A stretch of DNA of 64,000 bases from Octopus vulgaris. Taxonomy: Eukaryota. Position numbers and translations under genes: made by a program. The first letter of the stretch is position 1. Each line of letters starts with the position of its first letter. Positions 1 to 11,792 of this stretch are shown in pieces. The stretch is from assembly GCA_951406725.2 (NCBI GenBank), contig OX597826.1:77500001-77564000 (forward strand), read 5' to 3'. The notes beneath the pieces were generated by a model. That model searched no databases. It saw nothing but the letters and a program-made list of their open reading frames with translations, and had not been told where the DNA came from.

Positions 1-1617
1 TTGGTGCAGAGGTGTTATATGTAACCCAGTGTATAACTGGTACTTCATTTTGGTGATGATGACAAAACTTCTATCAGTTTCAATGTTCAGCAGCCGACAT
101 GTTCAATCAACTGAACTCCCAACTTGTTAAATTAATGTCAAACTGGTTGAGTATTCCACAGGCATCTGTACTCTCTCTGAAATCCTCAAGCAGAAAGAAC
201 ATAATACTGTGTTTCACCTGGTCAGCTGTTTGCAATACAGGTACAATTTGTTGCTGCAATGCACCCAGGAGTACCCATAACCCAATTTATGGCAACCAAT
301 TCCACTTCGGAAAACCAGACTGACCTGAGCTTAAGGTCAGAAGACTCTTACTCCAAATTCCACAAAGTGGAATTGAACCTGGAACCTGACGATTGAGAGG
401 TGACTTTCTTAACTGCTTGGCCATGCCTGCATTTCACTGATTTATTTTACTGACCCTTGCCACCCTTGAAGGACAAAAGGAAAAGTTGACCACAGCAGGA
501 TTTGAACTCGGAACACAATAATATTCCTTAAATGATTTCTAATATTGGCACAGGGCTATAAATTTGACAAGAGGTGTGAGGGGCACAGGTGATTCAACTG
601 ACCCCTTCACAATTGTGGTACTTATTTTATCAACCCTCAACGCTGAACCCCAATGGGATTAGAACTTGGTAATGGGACATACCTAAATACCCCATGGCAC
701 ATTTTCTACCATGTTTTCGATTCTGCTGCTTCATTCTTCACCCCACCCACCCCTTCGCAAGGACACCGGATGAAAGGTCAGTGATAACTAACACAGACAC
801 AAAACCTTAAATTTTTCATTCCCAATTATTTATATATATTTTATTTTATTTTTATTTTATTTATTTTTATTTATTTTTTTTTAGTGGTGGTGCAGAAATT
901 TTTGATTATATCAAATGAATTCCTTGGTACTCTATCTTCTTGGTACTCTATTTCATTGACCCTTGGAAGGATGAACGGCAAAGTTAACTTTGGTAGGATT
1001 TGATCTCGGGATATAGAGGACCATAACACTAGCACAAGGCAGTTTGTTTGCCACTCTACCAATTGAGTTTTGCCTGCATCCTAAAAATGATAATAATAAT
1101 AATAATAATAATGGCCTTTACCATCGGCACACAACCACATTTTCGGAGATGGGGCAGAAAAGAGGGATTAGTATTCAATTAAAACACCCTTCCCCCAGTA
1201 TTTTACTGGTATTTATAATTGATAACAACAACAACAATTACAATAAAAACAACAATAATTACAATAACAACAACAAAGTGGCAGGACTTAACGAGAAGGG
1301 ATTTAATTATTTAATTATTTTGTGGGTTTAAATTTTCTTTTTGTGTTCTTAAAGGGTTTCTCAGTTTCTCTTGGGGGGATGGAAGAGGTGGATAAACAAC
1401 GGTGGGGGTTGCATTTTTTTTTTGTCAAGTGGGTGTTTGTCTGGGTGAGGTAGGGGGTTAGGGTAGGTGGTCATATTTAGATTTTGCTGGTTGTGGGCAT
1501 GGGTTAGAATTTAGAGAGGAAATGAGAGAAGGGGAGGGTGAAGGAAGAGGAAAAGAGTAAGGGAATAATGGTAGGAGGAGGAATTAGATATAAAGTGAGA
1601 CTGAGAGGAAAAAAGTA

Positions 1618-1655
<38 letters not shown>

Positions 1656-2540
1656 ATAGGAGGTGTGTGTGTGTCTGTGTAATGAAAAAAGAACTTCGTT
1701 TGTCTCAAGTCTACAGGCCCATTAGCCTGGAGCTTCTCCCATTTTCCATGGCATGTCAGCAACTATGAGTCCAAGTCTGCCCACCACAATGGGACACCTG
1801 TCTAACCCAGGGGCAACATTTTCAGCTGAGTGGACTGAAGTAACATGAAATGCAGAGCTTTGCTCAAGAAAACATGCAAACTGCTCTGAGAATTGAACCC
1901 ACAACTCATGTGCACGTGTGTCCATGAATGTGTAACGTAACAAGGGTAGATTACGAGTTACTATAAAACTGCAATAGAAGTACCTAAGAGTACATTCATA
2001 TCTTTGTTTCCTATTCGCGCGCGTGTGTGTGTGTGTGTACATATATGTATAAATATATGCATGTGTGTGTGTGTGTTTGCATTTTCCATTTCTGCTTTTA
2101 AACATGTCTATCCTTTTGTAGCAATGGGGGGAAAATGGACACAATAAATTCTAAGTAGCAGTGGTGAGAAGCCAGGACTTCACATATCAATCTATCAATC
2201 CGTGTGTGTGTGTGTGTGTGTGTGTGTTTATTAAATGAAACAAAGCACCTGTTGTTGGACTTAATGTTTGAAAGGAAAATGTTCACATGCAATATTAATA
2301 ATCCGAGTACTTTAATCTAACTGACTGCTTTATGTTCCCTTAAAACAGGTAACGCCTGGATATATGCAGGTATATACACACACACATACGTATGCATGTG
2401 TGTGTATATATATATATACATGAATACATGTTTGTGTGTCTGTGTATATATACATGTACACATACATACACACATGCATACATATTGATTTGTGTGTATA
2501 TATATTTGTATGTACACATACACATATACTTATATACGGA

Positions 2541-2792
2541 AGGAACCTTGGTTCAGATATGGTCACCTTACCTGCCACTTCATTAGACTAAACCCTACAC
2601 ACTTCTAAATCTACATTGTGTTCTGCTCAAAAGGAACAAGTACTATATATATAGTTAATCCAAACATGAACATATATATATATATATACATATAAACACA
2701 TATATAATGCTTGTTTATATATACACACACACATATATAGTGCTTGTTTATATATATATATACACACACACACATATAGTGCTTGCTTATAT

Positions 2793-2824
<32 letters not shown>

Positions 2825-3192
2825 TTCACACCACATCGCACCACCCTGCACACACTAGCACTGACCGCTTCCCAGCATCCACACGCACATACACACTCTC
2901 ACACACACACACTTCATTTTGGGATCACCACAACTTTACTATCTCCCCTTCTTCCTAGCTCTCCTGTGTGACCTCTCTGTCTGACATTCGCCATGATAAA
3001 TCACCAGCCACTAAACCTTTTTTATTTTCTCTCCTTGTTTATTTATGTGTTCCTTTCTGACGAAGAGCATAGGCTCAAAACATTAAAAGACATTTCTTTT
3101 AAGCAGAACACAATGTAGAGTTAAAAGTGTGTAGGATTTGACAAGTCTTATGAAGTGGAAGGTAAGGTGAACATATCTGAACCAAGGTTTCT
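2541..3192. repeat. Dispersed inverted repeat (about 95-bp arms at 2541-2636 and 3095-3192) enclosing microsatellites and a degenerate hammerhead element
   Basis: gaaccttggttcagatatggtcaccttacc... versus ...ggtaaggtgaacatatctgaaccaaggtttc. Confidence 0.65.
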
Positions 3193-3226
3193 TTTGTATA
3201 TATCAGCGTATGAGTGTGTGTATACA

Positions 3227-3263
<37 letters not shown>

Positions 3264-3287
3264 ATCCATGGGGTGATTATAATCAAA

Positions 3288-3406
3288 ATAAGCAACAAGT
3301 ATATTTTAGGTAATTTGGTACAATCGTTTCATATTACAATGTTTAATAAAATGAAGTAGCATGAAACAATTGTACCAAATTACCTAAGATATACTTGTTG
3401 CTTATT
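3288..3406. repeat. Inverted repeat (about 45-bp arms, short spacer)
   Basis: ataagcaacaagtatattttaggtaatttggtacaatcgtttcat ... atgaaacaattgtaccaaattacctaagatatacttgttgcttatt. Confidence 0.75.
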
Positions 3407-4028
3407 CATATATATATATATATACACACACAAACGTAAATATGTATATACATATATATTAATTCATGAATATTTGTGGTGTGTGTGTTGTGTACATGTG
3501 TGTTTAGAATCATGGTATGAGAGTGCATTATAGGTGATGTGTGTATAGTGTGTGTGTGTGTGTGTTGTGCATGTCTAGGCATCACATGCGTATGCATATG
3601 TGAAGGAGTAATATGTAAATTACTAGTTAATATAAAACTGCAAATATGCAGTAGATGTGCAACAAAATGCATTACTGAATGCTCATCACTGCATGTCATA
3701 CCACACACGGCAACAGCAGTCTCACAATAGGGTGGGGTTTCCACACGCATCACCTGCTGTTAAGGAATGCAACCGATGCATTGCACATGCATACAAACAC
3801 ATGCACACGAATATGAATAACAGAAATTCATGCACACACGAATATGCGTAACACTCTACGCAAACATTTACACAGAAATGTTCGCATGATGTAGACGCAT
3901 ACATACTTACACATGTACAAACGCTCTTGCAAAAATATATATTTACGTATACACATGCATACACACATGTATGTATACATAAGTATATCAGCACATGTTT
4001 AAATGTATGTATACATCTGTGTTTGTGT

Positions 4029-4061
<33 letters not shown>

Positions 4062-4661
4062 GGTTTACCTTTTTAAATTACCTGCTGCCATATACCTTAT
4101 ACTAAGGACCATACTTACTGAGGTAATTACCAGGAGTTCCTCTGGATAATTCCATCCCTTAAAGGCTTTATACCTCTAACTTATACCTTACACATATATA
4201 TATATATTCTTCCATAGCAGCCAACTCTGAAGAGTGCAAGTTTAATAATTGGGCCATTACTTAACATCCAGTTGAACCATCTAGTGCAAAACTGATTGCT
4301 AAGATCAGCCACAATGGATGAATAAAACAGTACACTTTGATTGATATATACATACATATATGTATATATATGTATGTATGTATTGAGTGTGTTTGTGTAC
4401 AGATATATACTTAAATGAACAAACAAGCAAAAAAAGGAAACAGACATGATCTCACACACATGTGTATATATGTATACATATACATATGTATAGAGACACA
4501 CACACACATGCATGCATGATCATCATCGTCCTCATTTCATGCGCTCTTAAAATGCCAGAATGTGCTGGACAGGTCATCTTGGTCTGAATCTGTTCATATT
4601 TGGAGTTATTTCTCTCCAAGACCAATTAAATACCCACATCTCACTTACACACACACATATA

Positions 4662-4704
<43 letters not shown>

Positions 4705-4898
4705 ACGGACTTTGTCAGTGAACAGGTCGCGGATTTTAGCGACGAAAATATTTTGACAAATTAAACTTAAATGTTGGAGTGAATCGAACGGCTTTTGTGT
4801 GTTTCTTAAATGGCTTATAAACACCTCCCACGCTGCAATTGTTTTCGTTTCAGCACACGATCTCAGATCAAATTACTTGCTATGCGAGTACATCTCCG

Positions 4899-4929
<31 letters not shown>

Positions 4930-4934
<5 letters not shown>

Positions 4935-5153
4935 TTAAAGCAGCAGAAAATTCAACAAAACTTGTTACTCTGAGTTTCCCGTTGCCGTTCATCGGACAGT
5001 TTTTGCTAGAATGTCCGATGAACGGCAACTGAAAACTCAGAGTAACAGGTTTTGTTGAATTTTCTGCTGCTTTAAATAAAGCATATTACTCTACCACTGG
5101 TATTTGAGTACTCTTTTTTCCACCTTGTTTCACATTTATGTGTTTACTCCGGT
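4930..5153 (+). mobile_element. Penelope-like terminal repeat with a 5' inversion and a hammerhead-like motif, inserted in (TA)n
   Basis: 4931-5000 is the reverse complement of 5012-5080. Core reads tgtc-CGATGA-acggcaac..GAAA-ctcagag-TA-acag. Flanked by (TA)n. Confidence 0.55.
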
Positions 5154-6463
5154 ATATACATACATATATATATATATATATGTTGTTATGAACACATACA
5201 CATGTGCTTAAGTACATGCAAACATTGAGACACATACAAAATACATGTCATACACACATGCATACAAATTAAAAAATAACAAACAAACAAACCAACACCG
5301 AAATATATGGAATAATGGTATTTTGGGATATTTTTTTCTTCAAGGGAAGAAATCTTTCGATGAAACTGTAATCGTTATAACATTATCATCAACATCATTA
5401 TTATAATTATTATTATCATAATTATTATTATTATTATAATTATTATTCATTTTTATCATATTTTTTTCGTATAACATTTGTTTCTTTGTAGTTTTTCTTG
5501 TTTCATTTTGTTAGGTTTTTTTTTTCTTTTCTTTTTTTTGTGTTTGTTTTCTTAAACAGTAAAGAAATGGTCAGTGTTTAAATGGCAACACCACATTGGT
5601 CTTGGGTCTGGTCACTAGGTCCTTGCAGACCACACACACACACACACACACGCACATACATACACACACATGTAACACACCAAAATATACACACATAACA
5701 TACTGGTTGTGGCCCTGTGACAAGTGTATGTGCGTGTGTAAGGGAGGGGCACAGATTTTTAGATCGAAGGGTCCAAAATGTAAGACCAAGAAAGAGATAA
5801 GGAGAGAGAGAGAGATAAAGAGAGGGGGATGGTTAGAGAAGAGAGATTTGTAGGGGTGCGGTGGTGGTGGTGATAGAGGCAGAAAGCCGAAATAGTCCCT
5901 AAAATCTTTCAGTTCAACCCCTCCTGCCCCTACACCTTGACTGAGGTCTGACAAGATGTTACTGTTGTTTCTTATTTGGGGGTGTCTGAAAGGGGCAGGG
6001 AGTTGTGGAGGTGGAAGATAAGGGTGGAGGATGGCAGGTGCATATTTGGGGTGGGATGGAGGGGTGGATAATTATTTTCTCTCTGGTTGGGGGGGGGGGC
6101 GATGAGGAGGAAGTGGGCCAGTGGAAAGGAATAAATGGGATTTCAAATAGAGGGGAGAAGATGATGGTCAAGGAAGGGCCATTAGGGACTCAGAGACTTT
6201 TCATTAGAGCTGGGGGTGGGTGGGGAGTAAGATGTAAGGGGGTATATAAAACTCAAAGATGAATGTTTGTGTGTGCGTATGTGTGTGTGAGTGTGGTTTG
6301 GTGTGGGTGGTTGTGTGGTGTGTAGCATGGCAGAGCCATAGCGCCAGGAATGAAGGAATTAGAAAAAAAAATTTTTTCAAGAGTGGGATAGAGAGAGAGG
6401 GAGAGAGGGAGAGACAGAGAGGGATAGAGAGACAGAGAGAGAGAGAGAAAAGCTGAAAGAGTT

Positions 6464-6603
6464 TCACAAAGCAACCAAGAGGAGAATGAACAACAGGGAA
6501 AGAAAAGAAGCACCATGGCAACAAGATGCGGAAATCGGTTCAATAGGTTTAATATCCTCCCCTGCACGGTTTGGGACGTGAACATTCTCTGCTTTGCGGG
6601 GAC
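6464..6603 (-). CDS. Avidin-like gene, terminal coding exon with GPI-type signal (GPRKAENVHVPNRAGEDIKPIEPISASCCHGASFLSLLFILLLVAL*)
   Basis: ttttttttcttgcag acceptor. GPRK....HVP.R matches the domain-1 tail GPRKEKDTHVPER. Small residues (SAS) and a spacer precede a 13-residue hydrophobic end and TGA. Confidence 0.85.
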
Positions 6604-8354
6604 CTGCAAGAAAAAAAAGAAAACAATTAATCATCATCATCATCGTTTAACGTCCACTTTCCATGCTGGCATGGGTTGGACGATTTTGACTGAGGGCTGG
6701 CAAACCAGGAGGCCACCCCAGGCTCCAATCTGATCTGGCAAAGTTGGATGCTACAGCTGGATGCCCTTCCTAATGCCAACCACTCCGAGAGTGTAGTGGG
6801 TGCTTTTATGTGCCACTGGCACGAGGGCCAGTAAGGCGGTTCAGGCAACGACCATGCTTAAAAGGTGTTTTTTACGTGCCACCTGCATGGGAGCCAGTCT
6901 GGCGACACTGGCAACAACCACACTCGAATGTTGTTTTTCGCATGCCACCAGCTCATGTGCCGCTAAGGCGACGCTGGCAATGATCACACTCGAATTAATG
7001 AAATAGAATAAATGATATAATTTAAACAATACATAACAGAAACACAAAAAAGGGGACAATATCAGATTCTCTCCTTCACCAAAAAAGCCAGTGACAAAAG
7101 AAGGGCCATTGAAAAGGTGATAACACTGGTGATGTCCCAGTAAGGCCACAGTCTTTGGAGCTGAAACACATGTACATATAGAAATAATGATCCAGCAAAA
7201 GCTGTATACCTGCACATCTTCAGGTGAGTAGATGTATAATATTTCTATAATAATATGTGAAACACTTTGTAACTAACAGCTGATTCTAATGCACAAAAAG
7301 CAATTGTTGTGATTTGGATGAAAGCTTGTTCATTCCTACTTTTTGTACTATGAATATTTTTTTGTATGAATTCCGCAGGAGTGGCTGTGTGGTAAGTGTC
7401 TTCTACTATAGTCTCTGGCAGACCAAAGCCTTGTGAGTGGATTTGGTAGATGGAAACTGAAAGAAGCCCGTCGTATATATGTGTGTATATCTTTCTTCCA
7501 TGGAATCTAATGTGCTTGGCTTAGATTTTCCTTTGGGGCTGGCCAGATTGGAGCAATCTCAAGATTAATCAGCCAAAATTGCGAGGATGATCCGGTTCTT
7601 GACTGAAGATTGAAGGCTTCGAATGTCCCGTCCGTGTTTTTTGTATCGTCTTCTAAATGTTTTGCTTTCTTGTCCCAGTTTGTATTTTTTTAGATATATA
7701 TATATATATGTGTGTGTGTTTGTGTATGTTTGTCCCCGCAACATCGCTTGACAACCTTCTGCTGGTGTGTTTACGTCCCCGTAACTTAGTGGTTCGGCAT
7801 AGGAGACCGACAGAATAAGTACTAGGCCTACAAAAAATAAGTCCTGGGGTTGATTTGCTCAACTAAAGGCAGTGCCCCAGCATGGCCACAATCAAATGAC
7901 TGAAATAAGTAAAGAGAATATGCTAATGCATTTCCACATGTAAATATATAGACGTAGGGGTGGCTGTGTGGTAAGTAGCTTGCTTACGAACCACATGGTT
8001 CTGGGTTCAGTCCCACTGCATGACACCTTAGGCAAGTGTCTTCTACTATAGCCTTGGGCCGACCAAAGCCTTGTGAGTGGATTCGGTCACCTTGGTCTGT
8101 TGGCTGTGGACAGCTGACACTTCCATCATACCCAGTAAAATTAGCTGTGAGTTTTCATATAATAATAATAATAATGATGATGATGATGATGATGGTACCT
8201 GCTGCCTGTTCATATCTTGTAAATGTATTTACTCCATATAACGTAGATCTCCAGTGGTCTTGACATTTGTCAATGGACTGCCACAGAATCCATCTCATCT
8301 CCAGTGTGTCCATTTGTTCCAATGCACATGTGGAGTGGCACTGACCTGTAAGCG

Positions 8355-8389
<35 letters not shown>

Positions 8390-9881
8390 GGGTCTGTTAG
8401 AACAAAAATACCATAAAACAGCAATTCAGGAACTCATACAAATTTCCCTATAATAATATTCTGATTGTCACATTATGTGTTCAAGTGTTATACCATAAAC
8501 AACCTTAACTATAGAACTAAAGACAAAAATCTTTAACCCTTTCTTTACTGTATTTATTTTGAGATGCTCTGTTTTTTCTTTCAATTATTTTAAATATAAC
8601 AAAGAATTTAGTAAAATAACTTAGTTATCATTCAGCTAGTGTTAGGAACGTAAATTGTGACTAAGGTTTGGTGGAAGATTTTAATTCAAAACTTATGAAA
8701 ACAAGACATTTGTACTCAGAGCCAGAGGCAGTTTCAGCCAGGTTGGTAATGAAAGGGTTAATAGAACAATGTTGAGAAGCACAGGCAAGAAATTGGCTCC
8801 ACAACCACATGGTTCCATGAAATACAAACTTAAATACAAGAATTCAATACATAACAGTGGTGCCATTCCAAATTTGTGGTCTGTTGCATCTATTTTAGAA
8901 ATCAATATTCATATTAATTAACAAGCAATAACTAATTAATCACATATATTTGTAATTCATATACTTCAAATGCAAGACAATTAAGCAAGATTTTTCTCTT
9001 GTTTTATGTAAAGAGGACCGGAATCTGTGGATTCTTTCAATTGTTGAAAGATTAAAGTGTGTGTGTGTGTGTGTGTGTGAGGCCCCACTGCTAGACAACT
9101 GGTGTTGCCTTGTTTACATCCTGTAATTTTGCAGTTTGAGTGAAAGAGACTGATGAAATAAGCACCTGGCTTAAAAATGAATACAGGAGCCAATCTTGAT
9201 TGACTAAACTCTTCAAGGCATTGCCCCAGCATGGCCAGAGTCCAGCACTTGAAATACAGGTAAGTAGTATTCAATGTACAGTTTTCAGAGGCAACAATCT
9301 GCAATCAGCAAGCCCTTTTTATACATTTGCCACCTTTTCCACCTTTTATCTATTAGTTTTCACTTTACATAAAAAAGTGCATAATCTTAAAGAAAGGAGA
9401 CATAACCAATCTATAATATTTTATTGCAACTGAACGACAAAAGGGAAGATTTAACATATTCATTTGTATCAGAGAAAACTTCCCTTGGCCCCACTTCCAC
9501 CTCCTTCTCATTCCATTAAGGCAGGGGGGTTCCAACCTTTTCACTATTAAGGACTCCTTTTATTTAAATGAATTTTCCCATGGTCCCCAGGATATTGAGA
9601 AGTCTGTCAGCTTAACATGCTCACAGACCCCCACCAGTACTACCATTGCAGACTGCCATGGGTCTGCAGGCCACAGGTCGGGAACCACCACATTAAGATA
9701 TGCTAAAGCTGTCAGTCAATCAATGAATAAAATATTAAGAGTTGTTATTTACATTTGACAGATATTTGTCCTCGTCTTGTTTGTTGTTAACACAGCGTTT
9801 CGGCTGATATACTCCCCAGCCTTCATCAGGTGTCTTGGGGAAATTTCAAACCTGGGTTCTCATTCCTAAGGTATTTTTCAA

Positions 9882-9918
<37 letters not shown>

Positions 9919-11754
9919 ATCACTGCCTGGAATCGAACTCGGAATCTTGGGGTTACTGGCCCACGCTCTTAACCATTATGTCATATGTCCTCTTAACCAC
10001 TATGCCTTATGGCGTAGTGGTTAAGAGGGCGGGCTACTAACCCCAAGATTCCGAGTTCGATTCCAGGCAGTGACCTGAATAATAATAATAATATCGAAAA
10101 ATACCTTAGGAATGAGAACCCAAGTTCGAAATTTCCCCAAGACTCCTGATGAAGGCTGGAGGGTATATCAACTGAAACGTTGTGTTAACAACAAACAAGA
10201 TGAGGACAAATATCCATCAAATGTAAATAATGTAAATAATTCCGCATCTCTTAAATATAGAACTGTATTATTAAGAGTTGTCTCCCCTAGTATAGATTTC
10301 AGATTTTATTCCATTCCAGTCTTTTAATGTTCCAAGTTCTGCCGTGGACTTTCAACAATCTGGACTAGTACCAGTTATGGTTTTAGCCCCAGGTTAACCT
10401 TTATCCAGCAGCTGGGCAATGGGGTCAATGTCAGTAACTTTAACTCCCCTATAAAATTCCTGGAAACTATGCCAAAATTTTAAACCATTATTATTATTAT
10501 CATTATGAAGGCAGCAAGCTGGCAGAATCGTTAGCATGACGAATGAAATGCTTAGAGGTATTTTGCCCATCGTTATGTTCTGAGTTCAAATTCCTCCCAT
10601 GTCGACTTTGCCTTTCATCTTTTCAGGGTCAATAAAATAAGTACCAGTTATGCACTGGGGTCAATGTAATCGATTTACTCTCCCACCACCCGCAAATTTC
10701 AAGTCTTATATGCCTATAATAGAAATTATTATTATTATTATTATGAAGGCACTCCAGGTATTTCATCCGTCTTCATGCTGTGAGTTCAAATTCTGCTGTG
10801 GTTGACTTTGATTTAAATCCTTTCAGATTAAAATAAGTACCAGTTATACACTCAGGTCAATGCAATTGACTTACATTACCTCCAAACACGCACACAAATT
10901 TCAGGCCTTGGGTCTTCAGTAGAAAAGATTATTATTATTATTATTATTATTATTACTACTACGGTGGCAAGATGGCAAAACTGTTAACACCAGAAACAAA
11001 ACGCTTAGTGGCATTCTGGGATCAAATTCTGCCAAGGACAACTTCGCCTGTCATCATTTCAGGGGTGATAAATAAGTACCAGTTATGCACTGAGGAGCAG
11101 TGTAATCGTCGAAGCCCCTCCCCCAAAATTGCTGGCCCTGGGTCAAAAATTTCAAATCATCATCATCAACATCATCGTTTCTGTTGCTATTGCAAGTGAA
11201 AGACATTCCAGTCGTGACTACCCCACCTTATTTTCAAACTCAGCATAACTAAGCTTGTGTCACAATACCAAAGAATTTTAGTGTTTTTCTTTTTTAACTT
11301 AGTAGGCTGTGATGTGAGGGAGACTTGGCTGTTATCTTTGGCATGCCAAGTGCCCTCATTTGTTCAGTACCCTACTATTATTCTAAGCGCAATCATCTTA
11401 TCCCCTGTATACGTTCCTTTTTGGTTTTTTACATCAATGTTTGTTCATGTAAACATGGATGAAGGAATGGTTTATTTCTTGCAGCATTTATTCCTGCAAC
11501 TGGATGCTGCATGGCTGTCCAACTATTAATAATTCGAAGATTACCATTTTTAAATCTCACAACGAGAGATATTCAACAACACCATTCTTTGGAGTAAAGC
11601 TTGTTTGCCAACATAACATGGCAGTCCTGGTTTAGGACGAACGTTGCCGTAATTTAGCCCCAGGAGACATCGTCACCTCTAGCCGAACAATTATTCTGTG
11701 CTGATGAAGAGAAATAACCCAGAAATCGTGATACACAGATATTGTTTTGAGCAA

Positions 11755-11792
<38 letters not shown>

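Noticed and set aside
10009-10075. tRNA gene candidate
   Set aside because: A and B boxes are present but there is no convincing acceptor stem, and it is part of a repeated element. Treated as a SINE-like head.
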